Virus record (IMG/VR): IMGVR_UViG_3300045996_002045
Location: 1 to 58,974 of that record
Source: a virus
Taxonomy: Duplodnaviria; Caudoviricetes
DNA: 58,974 nucleotides
Strand: one strand, 5' to 3'
Position 1 is the first letter of the stretch. The number at the start of each line of letters is the position of its first letter. The notes beneath the pieces were generated by a model. It searched no databases. It had not been told where the DNA came from and worked only from the letters and a program-made list of their open reading frames with translations. The position numbers were made by a program, and so were the translations under genes. Shown one piece after another: positions 36,318-45,906 of this stretch.

Positions 36318-37148
36318 GTGTCTCACCCCAGCCAGACCCCCCGCCCCCGCCACGGCGAGCCCGACCAGTACGCCGGCTACGGCTACGGCGGCCAGCCCGT
36401 CGACCCGGGCACCGGCACCCCCGTCCCGCCGCCCGGCTACCGCTACGAGCCCGGCTACCCGCCCTTCGTGCCGATCCCCCGCAAGGGCAACGGCCTGGCG
36501 ATCTCCAGCCTGGTGCTCGGCATCGTCGGCGTGATGCTGTCGTGGATCCCGGTCGTCGGGTACTTCGCCTTCATCATCGGCATCGTCGGCTTCGTGCTCG
36601 GCGCCATCGGGATCTTCAAGAGCCACCGGATCATGTCGATCACCGGCGTGGTGCTCAACACCCTGGCGATCGTCTTCTCGGTCATCGCGTTCGCCTCGCT
36701 GATGAGCGACGTTGACAAGGCCGTCAACGACTACAACGCCGCCGTGGAGGCCGCGCCCGAGCTCACCGCTCCGTCGCTGAGTGCCCCGGCCGGCGGCATC
36801 GAAGACGAGCTCGAGGGTGAGGCCGAGGCCAACGCCGACGTGGTCGACGACACCCCGAACAGCGACAACGGCTGGGTGATCGAGCACCTCGACTGGCCGA
36901 CCGGCAGCGCCTACACCTTCGCCGAGCTGACGCTGACCAACACCGAGCCCTCCGCGCGCACTGCGAGCGTCGAGGTCGCCGTCTTCGAGGATGAGCACCT
37001 GATCGGCACGCTCTACGGCGTGACCAACTTCGACGTGCCCGGCAACAGCAGCGACACCCTCGTGCTGCTGCCGGCCGACATCACCGAGGACCCCTTCGAC
37101 CACGAGCCGACCGAGGCGAACCTGACCTACGTGCTCACCACCTACTGA
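36318..37148 (+). CDS. DUF4190-like membrane protein (moron; superinfection-exclusion candidate)
   Basis: Pro/Tyr/Gly N-terminus, NGLAISSLVLGIVG, 3 TM helices, acidic extracellular domain; own promoter. Confidence 0.75.
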   Translation: MSHPSQTPRPRHGEPDQYAGYGYGGQPVDPGTGTPVPPPGYRYEPGYPPFVPIPRKGNGLAISSLVLGIVGVMLSWIPVVGYFAFIIGIVGFVLGAIGIFKSHRIMSITGVVLNTLAIVFSVIAFASLMSDVDKAVNDYNAAVEAAPELTAPSLSAPAGGIEDELEGEAEANADVVDDTPNSDNGWVIEHLDWPTGSAYTFAELTLTNTEPSARTASVEVAVFEDEHLIGTLYGVTNFDVPGNSSDTLVLLPADITEDPFDHEPTEANLTYVLTTY

Positions 37149-37168
37149 CCGCCGCTCCACCCCTGATC

Positions 37169-37200
37169 GCCCCGGCGCGGACCAGCCCCCGCGCCGGGGC
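37169..37200 (+). terminator. Hairpin after the moron
   Basis: GCCCCGGCGCGG...CCGCGCCGGGGC. Confidence 0.55.
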
Positions 37201-37223
37201 CCACCCCTGAGAGAGGACTTCCC

Positions 37224-37637
37224 ATGCCCAAGGGACGCAGCAAGCGCTACGCCGGCCCGACCCGCGCCCGCAAGCAGGCGCCGGAGGTCGAGGAGTTCGA
37301 CAGCTTCGACGAGATGATGGGCGACGCCACCAGCGACGTCCCGCCGTTCGTCATGCCGGTGCCGCGCTGGGACCCGGAGACCGACGAGCGCCTGCCCGAC
37401 GAGAAGGTGTCGTTCCCCTGCCCCGACGGCGACGCCATGGAGGACTGGAACACCGCCGCCCGCTCCGGTGACGACTACGCCGCCTACGTCGCGCTGTACG
37501 GCGAGGACGTGGCCGAGCGCCTGTGGCGGGCCACCGAGAAGCGGCCGTTCACCGACCGGGCGATCCTCATGAGCAAGATCCTGGTGCACTACCAGCTGCA
37601 GGCGGCCGACGGGATGGGCGTCAACCCCCAATCCTGA
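37224..37637 (+). CDS. Tail assembly chaperone (G)
   Basis: Between major tail and tape measure genes; GAGAGGA RBS. Confidence 0.8.
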   Translation: MPKGRSKRYAGPTRARKQAPEVEEFDSFDEMMGDATSDVPPFVMPVPRWDPETDERLPDEKVSFPCPDGDAMEDWNTAARSGDDYAAYVALYGEDVAERLWRATEKRPFTDRAILMSKILVHYQLQAADGMGVNPQS

Positions 37638-38233
37638 GTCTCCGGCCGGTCATCGACCGGTTCGGAGACGCGATCGACCTGGACCTGTGGGAGCGGGGCG
37701 ACAACCTGCGGGAGTACATGTCGCCCCGCTTCCCGCTGAAGACGTGGCGCCGCCTCGCCGTGATCATCGAGCGGCTGGCGCGCGCCCCGCAGTCGCACTA
37801 CACGCTCGCGACGCAGAACGACCCGGAGTTCGCGCTCGAGCAAGCCCGGCGCAGGCGTGAGGCGCGCAGGACGGGCACCGGGGGCGGGTACCGGCCGCCG
37901 GCCGAGGAGTGGGACACCCGCACCGAGCTCGAGGCGCGCGTCTGGGACCGGCTCGGCGAGATCCTCGCGGTGCTCGCCGACCAGCCGGCGGCCACGAAGA
38001 AACGGCGCAAGCCGCCGAAGCCGTTCCCGCGCCCGTACTCCGCGGTCGAGGAGGCCGAGGACATGCTGGCCGAAGAGCACGTCGAGGAGATCATCGCCGA
38101 CGTCGAGGACGGCTACGTCAGCGACGACGAATACCGGCGCATGGTGGCCGAGATGGAAGAGCTCGAGCGCGAGGAGGCCGAAAGGGCTGCTGGCGAGCAG
38201 GAGGGAGGCGCGCACGCGGTACCGTCTGAGTGA
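37625..38233 (+). CDS. Tail assembly chaperone extension (GT), probably via -1 frameshift
   Basis: The -1 frame is open across the G stop (PILSLRPVIDRFGDAIDLDL); no clear independent start; CCCCCAA at 37625-37631. Confidence 0.65.
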   Translation, partial: PPILSLRPVIDRFGDAIDLDLWERGDNLREYMSPRFPLKTWRRLAVIIERLARAPQSHYTLATQNDPEFALEQARRRREARRTGTGGGYRPPAEEWDTRTELEARVWDRLGEILAVLADQPAATKKRRKPPKPFPRPYSAVEEAEDMLAEEHVEEIIADVEDGYVSDDEYRRMVAEMEELEREEAERAAGEQEGGAHAVPSE

Positions 38234-38257
38234 ATCAGTGGTCCGCGGCGGGAGGTA

Positions 38258-41200
38258 GTGCGTGTGAACGCCGACGTCGTGTGGGTCGACGTCCTCCCGT
38301 CCATGAAGCACTTCCTGGGCAACCTGCGCAAGGGCTCGGTCGACGCGGCGGGGCAGGTGGGCCGCGAGTCCGGGGACGCCTACAGCAAGGGGTTCCAGGA
38401 CAAGGCCGTTGCCGGCGTGGAGAACGCCTCCGCGAAGGTCGCGGCCGCCCGGGCGAAGGAAGCGAACGCCTCGGATGCGGTGAAGGTCGCCGAGCAGCGC
38501 CTGGCCGAGGTCCGGAAGGTCGCCGAGGCCGGGTCGGCGCGGCTGCTGGCGGCTGAGGCCGCGCTCGAGCGCAACCGCCGCGCGGCGACGCTGGCCACCG
38601 AGTCCTCGGAGCGTGCCAACCGGTCGCTGGAGCGGGCGAACCGCGCGCTGGAGTCGGCGAGCGACGGCGCCGGGTTCAGCTTCGCTCGGCTGGCGCAGTC
38701 GATGACCGAGCTGAACGCCCGGTCCGACGCGCTGGACCGCACCAGCAAGGGCCTGGCGTCGACGATCCGCACCGTCGGGTCGATCGGCGCCGCGTCGTTC
38801 GGTGTGCTCGCCGGCCAGGCGGGCGTGGGCGCGCTGGTGGCCGTCACGGGCGCCTCCCTGGCGGCGTCGGGCGCGCTGCTGCTGCTGCCGGCCGCGGCCG
38901 CCGCTGTCGCCGCACCGGTGGCTACTGCGAAGCTCGGCCTCATTGGCTTCGACGCCGCGCTCAAGGGCCTGGCCGACGGCAAGATGGACAAGGTCACCGA
39001 GGCCATGGAAGACATGGCTCCCGCTGGCCGGGCGGTGATCCAAGCGCTCGTCGACGCGAAGCCGGCGTTCGACGACCTGCGCAGGTCCATTCAGCAAGAG
39101 ATGTTCGAGGGCCTGTCGACCGAGGTCCGGTCGCTGGCCGGCAACTACCTGCCGATGTTGCGCGGCGAGCTCGGCCTCTTCGCGGCGATCATCAACGGCG
39201 CCGCGCGCGAAGTGCTCTGGTTCGTCAACCAGGCCCGGACCGTCGACGACGTGCGCACCATCCTCGGCAACGTCCGGACCGGCTTCGCCGAGGTGGAGCA
39301 CGCCGCGCAGCCGATTGTGCAGATCCTCACGGACATCGCGGTGGTCGGCTCGGAGTTCATCCCGAACCTCGCCGGCGGGTTGGCCAACCTGGCGCAGCGC
39401 ACCGCGGATTGGGTGCGGCACGCGCGCGAGACCGGGATCTTGCACGACATCATCAGCCAGGCGCTGTCGGTGGTCGGGCAGCTGGGCATGATCCTCGGCA
39501 ACGTCGGGATGATCATCGTCAGCGTCTTCCGGGCCGGCTACGACCAGGGGCAGGGCTTCCTCACCACGCTGGTGCAGCTCACGACCAGCGTGCGCGAGTT
39601 CGTGAGCTCCGCCCAGGGCATGGCGGTGCTGCGGGCCGGGTTCCAGGGCGTCGGCGACGCGGTCGGCGCGATCACCCCGCTGATCGGGACCGCGGCCAGC
39701 ATCGTGCTCGGCCAGCTGCTGCCGGCGTTCTCTCAGTTCGCGGTGATCCTCGCGCCGATCGTGCACGAGCTGCTGCGCGCGCTGCAGGACGCCTTCCGGC
39801 AGCTGGCGCCGCTGGTGCCGCAGCTGGCGAGCACCGTCGGCACGCTGGTCGGGTCGTTCATCCCGCTGATTCCGCTTGTGACGCAACTGGCGCTCATCCT
39901 CCTGCCCCCCCTGCTGTCGATCATCACCGCGCTGGGCCCTGCGTTCCCCTTCCTGGCCATCGGGATCTTCGCCGCGGTGCAGGCCTTCCAGGCGCTCAAC
40001 GCGCTGGTGACCTTCAGCAAGCTGGCGATCGAGCTGTACGAGTCCCGGATGCTGCTCGTCCGGGTGGCGACCGGTCTGTGGACCGCCGCGCAGTGGCTGC
40101 TGAACGCCGCGCTGACCGCCAACCCGATCGGGCTCGTCATCCTCGCGCTGGTCGCCTTGGGTGCTGGCCTCTACATGGCCTGGACCCACAGCGAGACCTT
40201 CCGGAACATCGTGACCGGCGCCTGGAACGCGGTGAAGGACGCCGCGGTCGGCGCCTGGCAGAACTACATCAAGCCGGCGATCGACGCCTTCGCCGCGGCC
40301 GGCATCTGGCTCTACCAGAACGCGCTGCTGCCGGCGTTCAACGGGATCATGGCCGCGTGGAACGCGGTGTCCACGGCCGTGCAGTGGGCGTGGAACAACG
40401 TGATCAAGCCGACGTGGGACTTCCTGGTGTCGGCCGCGATGCACCTCCTCGCGGTGCTCGTGACGATCGTGCTCGCGCCGATCTTGATCGCCTGGAACCT
40501 GCTGTCGGCCGGGATCATGGCCGGTTGGAACAACATCATCAAGCCGGCGTGGGATCAGCTGCAGCTGTACCTGACGTGGCTCTGGGAGACCCGGATCCGG
40601 CCGCTCTTCGATTTGATCAAGGCCGGTTGGGATGCGCTCGGACGATTCTTCGTCTGGGTGTATGACACCATTCTGAAGCCGCTCTGGGATGGCCTGGTTC
40701 AGTACCTGACCAACTTCTGGAACAACCGCGTCCGGCCATTGTTCGATCAGATCAAGGCCGGTTGGGATCTCCTCGGTCGATTCTTCACGTGGGTGTATGA
40801 CACCATCCTCAAGCCATTGTGGGATGGCCTCGTCTTCTACCTCCAGAACTTTTGGAACAACCGCGTCCGGCCGATCTTCGACTTGATCAAGTCTGGCTGG
40901 GACGCCCTGGGCCGTTTCTTCCGGTGGGTATACGACAACATCATTCAGCCGGCGTGGGACGCGGTGGCGCGCAGCCTGTCGTGGGTGAAGGACCGTTTCC
41001 AGGACGCGGTAAACAACATCCGCAATATCTGGAATGGCATCAAGCGCGTTCTGGCCGTGCCGATCAACTTCATGATCAACACGGTGTGGAATGGCGGCAT
41101 CGTCCCCGCCTGGAACGCCGTTGCCGCACTGCTGCCCGGCGTCGGCAAGATCAGCCCCCAGAAGGGCATCCCCGAGGCGGCCGTGGGCGGCCAGTTCACC

Positions 41201-42691
41201 CGCGACGGGGTGAACAACTTCCGGGCCGGCGGCCAGCTGCAGGGCCGGTACCGGGGCCCCGAGGCCGACAACCTGCTGGGCATCGTCGACAACAAGCATC
41301 CGATCAAGGTCAACCCGCTTGAGTGGATCCACCCCGTCCGGTCGGTCAAGAAGTACGGCGGGGACTTCATGCGGTCGGTGCAGCACGGCACCTTCCCCGA
41401 GGAGCTCGCGAAGGCCCCCCGCCGGTACACCGCCACCGAGAAGGTGCGCCGCGCCGACGTCCGCGAGAAGTACGCCCAGGGTGGGCCCGTCATCCCTGGC
41501 TTCGCGCAGGGCTCGATCGTCGACCTCGGCCGGCTGCTGCAGTCCAAGGGTGCCCGCGTCTCCGAGCACCCGGCGTTCGGCGGCGTCGCGCCGGTGCACG
41601 GGAAGAACTCGCTGCACTACTCCGCGCAGGCCATCGACGTGAACACCAGGCCGGGCACGTCAGCGCTCGAGCAGCGCGAGCTCGACCCGCTGGCCGCGCT
41701 CGCCCGCAGCATGGGGTTCCGGGTGATTTGGCGCTCGGCCGGCCACTTCAACCACATGCACGCCGACACCGGGAAGGGCCTCGGCTCGATCGGCACGGCG
41801 TCGGGCAGCGCGACGGTCACGCAGAGCACCATTGAGGAAATCTTCAACTCGCTGAAGAAATCAATCGCTGACACCTTCGTCGCTCCGGCGCGCGCCGCGG
41901 TGAACAAGCTCACCTGGAACGAGCCGCCGGCGTTCCACGGCATTCCCCGCAAGGCCGGTCACTTCCTGATCGACAAAGCCGTGGAGATGCTCACCGGCAA
42001 GGCGCAGGAGAAGGCCAACGCCGACGGCGCGGCCAGCGCCGCCGGGTCCAGCCTCGGTGTCGCGACCACGAATGGTCCGGTGCAGGAGACGGTGCGCGCG
42101 GTCGCCGCAACCCGCGGGTGGGGCAGTGGCCCGCAGTGGGATGCGCTCGATTGGATCGTGCGGAAAGAGAGTGGGTGGCGGCCGACAGCCCAGAACCCCG
42201 TGTCATCCGCCTCCGGGCTCTTCCAGATGATCGACGGCACGTGGCGCGCGTACCGGCCGCCGCAGGCGAGCTCGTTCGCGAAGGCGCGCCTCGCGCCGGT
42301 GAACCACCAGGCTGTCGCCGGCATGAACTACTTTGGCGGCCGCTACGGCTCCCCGGTCGGCGCGCGGGCGTTCTGGCAGAAGAACGGCTGGTACGCGCAG
42401 GGTGGCCAGGTGCCGGCGTTCGCGCGCGGCGGCCACACCCGCGGCTGGGCGCGCGAGGGCATGGCGATGCTGCACCCCGACGAGCGGGTGCTGGCGCCGG
42501 AGCAGGACCGGTACTTCCGGCAGTTCGTCGACGCGACCAGCGCGATCGGCGGTGCCGGCGGTGACCGGATGCTCGCCCGGGAGATCAACATCCATGCGAA
42601 CACCACGGATCAGGGACGGGACGTCGTGGACAACCTCTGGCACAAGGTCCGTGTGGCTGACCGCGGCGGCGTCTACACCTTCACCACCTGA
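38258..42691 (+). CDS. Tape measure protein with C-terminal Zn-peptidase-like and lytic transglycosylase domains
   Basis: 1477 aa; ANPIG; Trp-periodic repeats; SLHYSAQAIDV...HFNHMH; ESGWRPTAQNPVSSASGLFQ. Confidence 0.92.
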   Translation: MRVNADVVWVDVLPSMKHFLGNLRKGSVDAAGQVGRESGDAYSKGFQDKAVAGVENASAKVAAARAKEANASDAVKVAEQRLAEVRKVAEAGSARLLAAEAALERNRRAATLATESSERANRSLERANRALESASDGAGFSFARLAQSMTELNARSDALDRTSKGLASTIRTVGSIGAASFGVLAGQAGVGALVAVTGASLAASGALLLLPAAAAAVAAPVATAKLGLIGFDAALKGLADGKMDKVTEAMEDMAPAGRAVIQALVDAKPAFDDLRRSIQQEMFEGLSTEVRSLAGNYLPMLRGELGLFAAIINGAAREVLWFVNQARTVDDVRTILGNVRTGFAEVEHAAQPIVQILTDIAVVGSEFIPNLAGGLANLAQRTADWVRHARETGILHDIISQALSVVGQLGMILGNVGMIIVSVFRAGYDQGQGFLTTLVQLTTSVREFVSSAQGMAVLRAGFQGVGDAVGAITPLIGTAASIVLGQLLPAFSQFAVILAPIVHELLRALQDAFRQLAPLVPQLASTVGTLVGSFIPLIPLVTQLALILLPPLLSIITALGPAFPFLAIGIFAAVQAFQALNALVTFSKLAIELYESRMLLVRVATGLWTAAQWLLNAALTANPIGLVILALVALGAGLYMAWTHSETFRNIVTGAWNAVKDAAVGAWQNYIKPAIDAFAAAGIWLYQNALLPAFNGIMAAWNAVSTAVQWAWNNVIKPTWDFLVSAAMHLLAVLVTIVLAPILIAWNLLSAGIMAGWNNIIKPAWDQLQLYLTWLWETRIRPLFDLIKAGWDALGRFFVWVYDTILKPLWDGLVQYLTNFWNNRVRPLFDQIKAGWDLLGRFFTWVYDTILKPLWDGLVFYLQNFWNNRVRPIFDLIKSGWDALGRFFRWVYDNIIQPAWDAVARSLSWVKDRFQDAVNNIRNIWNGIKRVLAVPINFMINTVWNGGIVPAWNAVAALLPGVGKISPQKGIPEAAVGGQFTRDGVNNFRAGGQLQGRYRGPEADNLLGIVDNKHPIKVNPLEWIHPVRSVKKYGGDFMRSVQHGTFPEELAKAPRRYTATEKVRRADVREKYAQGGPVIPGFAQGSIVDLGRLLQSKGARVSEHPAFGGVAPVHGKNSLHYSAQAIDVNTRPGTSALEQRELDPLAALARSMGFRVIWRSAGHFNHMHADTGKGLGSIGTASGSATVTQSTIEEIFNSLKKSIADTFVAPARAAVNKLTWNEPPAFHGIPRKAGHFLIDKAVEMLTGKAQEKANADGAASAAGSSLGVATTNGPVQETVRAVAATRGWGSGPQWDALDWIVRKESGWRPTAQNPVSSASGLFQMIDGTWRAYRPPQASSFAKARLAPVNHQAVAGMNYFGGRYGSPVGARAFWQKNGWYAQGGQVPAFARGGHTRGWAREGMAMLHPDERVLAPEQDRYFRQFVDATSAIGGAGGDRMLAREINIHANTTDQGRDVVDNLWHKVRVADRGGVYTFTT
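40590..40960 (+). repeat. 135-bp (45-aa) tandem repeat, ~2.7 copies, inside the tape measure gene
   Basis: ATCAAGGCCGGTTGGGAT at 40616 and 40751; RP(L/I)FDxIKxGWDxLGRFFxWVYD three times. Confidence 0.85.
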
Positions 42692-42693
42692 TC

Positions 42694-45600
42694 ATGCCGA
42701 ACCTCTCGACGATCGTTGACGACTTCAACGACAACGCGATCGACACCGGTCTGTGGACCGGCAACTACGGCTCGGTGTCGGAGACCGGCGGCCGCGCCCG
42801 GCTGACGAACACCGCGGCCGGCACCGCGGCGTACCACGGCTTCCAGACGGCGTCGATCTATACCTTCGACGACACCGGCTGGTATCGCGTCTACCCGCAG
42901 GCGGCCAACGGCGCCACGGCGAACACGTACACCGCGATCACGGTCACCTCTGGCGCGCAGCCGGCCGGGACCAGCATCACCATGTCGCACAACGCCGTGA
43001 GCGGCATGCTCACGTGCCAGCTGCGGGTGGGGTACTCCGACGCCGCGGGGACCAGCGTCGCCTACTCAGCGACCGACCACGCCTGGTGGCGGATCCGCCG
43101 CAGCGGCGCGAACATCATCTTCGAGACGGCGCCGGACAACGCCGGGGCCCCGGGCACCGCCACCGCGCGCCGCACCGCCACCCTGCCGGCGTGGGCGGAC
43201 ACCGCCACCGACTGCCGCCTGCTACTGGAGAGCGGCCGGCAGGGCGGTACGCAGACCATCTCGGAGTTCGACCGGGTCACCGTCGCCGCGCCGCCGGCCA
43301 CCTGGAACCTGTCCGACCCCAAGCTGAAGGAAGCGATCCTGCGCTTCGTCAGCACGGTGGAGAACGGCAACCAGCAGTGGTGGACGCACTTCGGCTACAT
43401 CGAGTACGGCGCCGGGATCGAGGACACCCGCGGGTACACCGGCGGCATCGTCGGCTGGACGACGGCGACGTTCGACATGAACGTCCTGATCAAGGCCTAC
43501 CAGTCGGCCAAGCCGGGGAACGTGCTGGAGAAGTGGATCCCCACGCTCAACAGCATCGACGCGATGGCGACGCAGGACGAGCGCCACGCGGCGTCGCTGA
43601 CGCAGTTGGGGTCGGCGTTCGTCGCTGACTTCCAGGCCGCCGGCAATGACCCGGTGTTCCAGACGGTGCAGATGGCCGAGCGGGACCGGCTGTACTGGGC
43701 GCCCGCCTACAACCTCGCGGTCACCGACGACATGTCGCCGCTGGGCCTGCTGCACTACTACGACTGCTCGGTCAACCACGGGCAGGGTGCCGCCACCATC
43801 GGCGGGCAGTCGTTCCAGGGGATCCGCGCCACCGCCCGGTCGCAGGCCTCCACGCCCGCGCAGGGCGGCAATGAGGGCACCTACCTGGCGAAGTTCAACG
43901 ACGCCCGCCAGGTCGTGCTCGAGGCCTGGGGCGACTACCAGGCGGGACCGCCCCCGGAGCTGGACGGCCGCGTGCCGGCGTGCCGGGCGTTCGTCGCGGC
44001 CGGCAACTTCGGCCTGGTCACGCCCTACAGCTGGAACATGTACGGCACCACGCACACGATGTCCGCCTGGCCGGACCCGTACGTGCTGCCTTCGGCCCCC
44101 TCCGGCGTCACCTACCGCAGCGGCGTCACGGCGGAGGCCGGCGCCGGGAGCTCGCTGCCGGTCGGGAAGCCGGCGGGGCTCACGGCCGGCGACCTCATGC
44201 TGTCCGCGTACCTGTGCGACCGGGACGCGAACGGGGCGAGCATCCCGGCGGTGACCGGCTGGACGACGGCCGGCACGCTGGACCGCACGTCGGGCACACC
44301 CGAGATCGGCGGCATGCGGGTCGCGTGGAAGATCGCCACCGCCGGCGACGTGTCCGGCACCGGCTGGACCTTCGGCTCGCCCGGCAGCGCTGACCACGCC
44401 GCCGCGATCCTCGTCTTCACCGCCGGCACCTTCGACCCGAACAACCCCATCGCCGACGTCCAGTTCGGGGTGCACGGCACGGCCGCGTTCACGCACACCG
44501 CGCCGTCGGCGGCCGGCGTCGACCAGGGGATGCTGGTCAGCGTCTTCGGCCGCTCCGACAACGCGCGCCCCGCGGGCACGGTGACCTGGTCGACGACCGC
44601 GCAGGATCTCCGTACGCAGGTCGGCGGCTCCGACATGTGGACCAGCCTCGCCACGGCGACGACGCCGCTGACGGCCACCGGATCCACCGCCACGAAGAAC
44701 GGCACCGCCAACGACTCGTCGCAGGCGCTGAGCGCCTCGGTGGTCATCCGGCCGCCGGCCGCCGCCCAGGCCGGCCAGCGCAACGCCACGGACGCTGCAG
44801 GGGCCACGGACAGCCACACCCGCACCCTGACGATGACCCGCACGGCGACCTCGAGCGCCGGGGCGACGGACGCGGTGCAGGTGCAGCGGGGCAAGGCTGT
44901 CGCCTCGCCCGCCGGCGCGACCGACAGCTTCAGCCGGCAGATGACGATGGTCCGGTCGTTCACCTCGTGGGCGCCGACCACCGACCACGCCGTCTGGACC
45001 ATGGACCGGCCGGACATCATCGACTACCAGTTCGTCTTCGATGCCGAGCCGTGGGTGCCGTTCGGGCTGGGCCAGACGGTCGTCGTGGAGAAGTTCTCCC
45101 CCGGCGGGGCGGACACCCGCACGCAGGACGTGCTGTCGCCCACCGCGGACGTCCGCTGGTTCGGCACCGACCGGCGGACGCCGCCGACGTGGGCCTTCGA
45201 CATGTACACCGACGTCGAGGACGCCGGCCAGGCGCTCGGCTGGGCGCAGAACATGGAAGAGCTCTGGGACGCAGAAGAGCTGCGCAGCACCCCGAACGCC
45301 GTGGTGCCGCTGCGGTACTGCATCGCCGGCCGCATCCGGCGGGTGTACGGGCGCCCGGGGAACTTCGAGGTCGTCCCGACGTTCGTGCGCACCGGGCGGG
45401 TGCACATGGTCGCCGACTTCCGGCTGGCCGAGCACACCTACTACGACGACGTCGAAGACAAGATCACGATCCGCACGGTTCCGTCGGACACGTCGGCCTC
45501 CGGCTTCACGTTCCCGATCACCTTCCCGCTGACCATCGGTGCGCAGGGCGACTCCCCGATCGTCGAGCAGGCCGTCGTGCGCGGCCGCCGGCCGACGTGG

Positions 45601-45897
45601 ACTGACGTCACCTTCTACGGCCCGTCGCTCGACCCGTGGGTGATGATCGGCGGGCAGCGCTGGCAGCTGCGCGGCGAGATCGGCACCGGGGAGTCGATCC
45701 GGATGTCCGGCAAGCCGTGGCAGCAGGGCCTGCTACGCAACGACGGTGCGTGGATGGCCGGCATGTTGGGCCCCCAGGCGCGGCTGTCGCAGCTGCGGCT
45801 GCCGCCGGGGCTGTACCCCGTGAAGTACGGGGCGTACGACCCGACCGGAACCAGTAGAGCCGAAGTGGCGTGGCGCGCCGCTTACGGAACGATGTAG
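42694..45897 (+). CDS. Multidomain distal tail (Dit-like) protein with internal GH46 chitosanase domain
   Basis: Directly after the TMP; N-terminal beta domain; GH46 at ~43309-44070; AGATD repeats; C-terminal third with RIRRVYGRP, GFTFPITFP and LPPG motifs typical of actinophage Dit. Confidence 0.85.
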   Translation: MPNLSTIVDDFNDNAIDTGLWTGNYGSVSETGGRARLTNTAAGTAAYHGFQTASIYTFDDTGWYRVYPQAANGATANTYTAITVTSGAQPAGTSITMSHNAVSGMLTCQLRVGYSDAAGTSVAYSATDHAWWRIRRSGANIIFETAPDNAGAPGTATARRTATLPAWADTATDCRLLLESGRQGGTQTISEFDRVTVAAPPATWNLSDPKLKEAILRFVSTVENGNQQWWTHFGYIEYGAGIEDTRGYTGGIVGWTTATFDMNVLIKAYQSAKPGNVLEKWIPTLNSIDAMATQDERHAASLTQLGSAFVADFQAAGNDPVFQTVQMAERDRLYWAPAYNLAVTDDMSPLGLLHYYDCSVNHGQGAATIGGQSFQGIRATARSQASTPAQGGNEGTYLAKFNDARQVVLEAWGDYQAGPPPELDGRVPACRAFVAAGNFGLVTPYSWNMYGTTHTMSAWPDPYVLPSAPSGVTYRSGVTAEAGAGSSLPVGKPAGLTAGDLMLSAYLCDRDANGASIPAVTGWTTAGTLDRTSGTPEIGGMRVAWKIATAGDVSGTGWTFGSPGSADHAAAILVFTAGTFDPNNPIADVQFGVHGTAAFTHTAPSAAGVDQGMLVSVFGRSDNARPAGTVTWSTTAQDLRTQVGGSDMWTSLATATTPLTATGSTATKNGTANDSSQALSASVVIRPPAAAQAGQRNATDAAGATDSHTRTLTMTRTATSSAGATDAVQVQRGKAVASPAGATDSFSRQMTMVRSFTSWAPTTDHAVWTMDRPDIIDYQFVFDAEPWVPFGLGQTVVVEKFSPGGADTRTQDVLSPTADVRWFGTDRRTPPTWAFDMYTDVEDAGQALGWAQNMEELWDAEELRSTPNAVVPLRYCIAGRIRRVYGRPGNFEVVPTFVRTGRVHMVADFRLAEHTYYDDVEDKITIRTVPSDTSASGFTFPITFPLTIGAQGDSPIVEQAVVRGRRPTWTDVTFYGPSLDPWVMIGGQRWQLRGEIGTGESIRMSGKPWQQGLLRNDGAWMAGMLGPQARLSQLRLPPGLYPVKYGAYDPTGTSRAEVAWRAAYGTM

Positions 45898-45906
45898 GAG
45901 GCGCGC

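Noticed and set aside
32162-37223. Recurrent GAGAGGA(CTGAC) before late genes as a special element
   Set aside because: Adequately explained as strong Shine-Dalgarno sequences
37589-41617. 1342-aa minus-strand ORF, and similar long antisense ORFs (3364-4986, 17139-18758, 43222-45435, 50006-51760)
   Set aside because: Shadow frames of high-GC3 plus-strand genes, with no motifs or RBS
4162-44070. Duplicated chitosanase segments as a DGR template/variable repeat pair
   Set aside because: No reverse transcriptase; differences are not adenine-specific and both copies are coding
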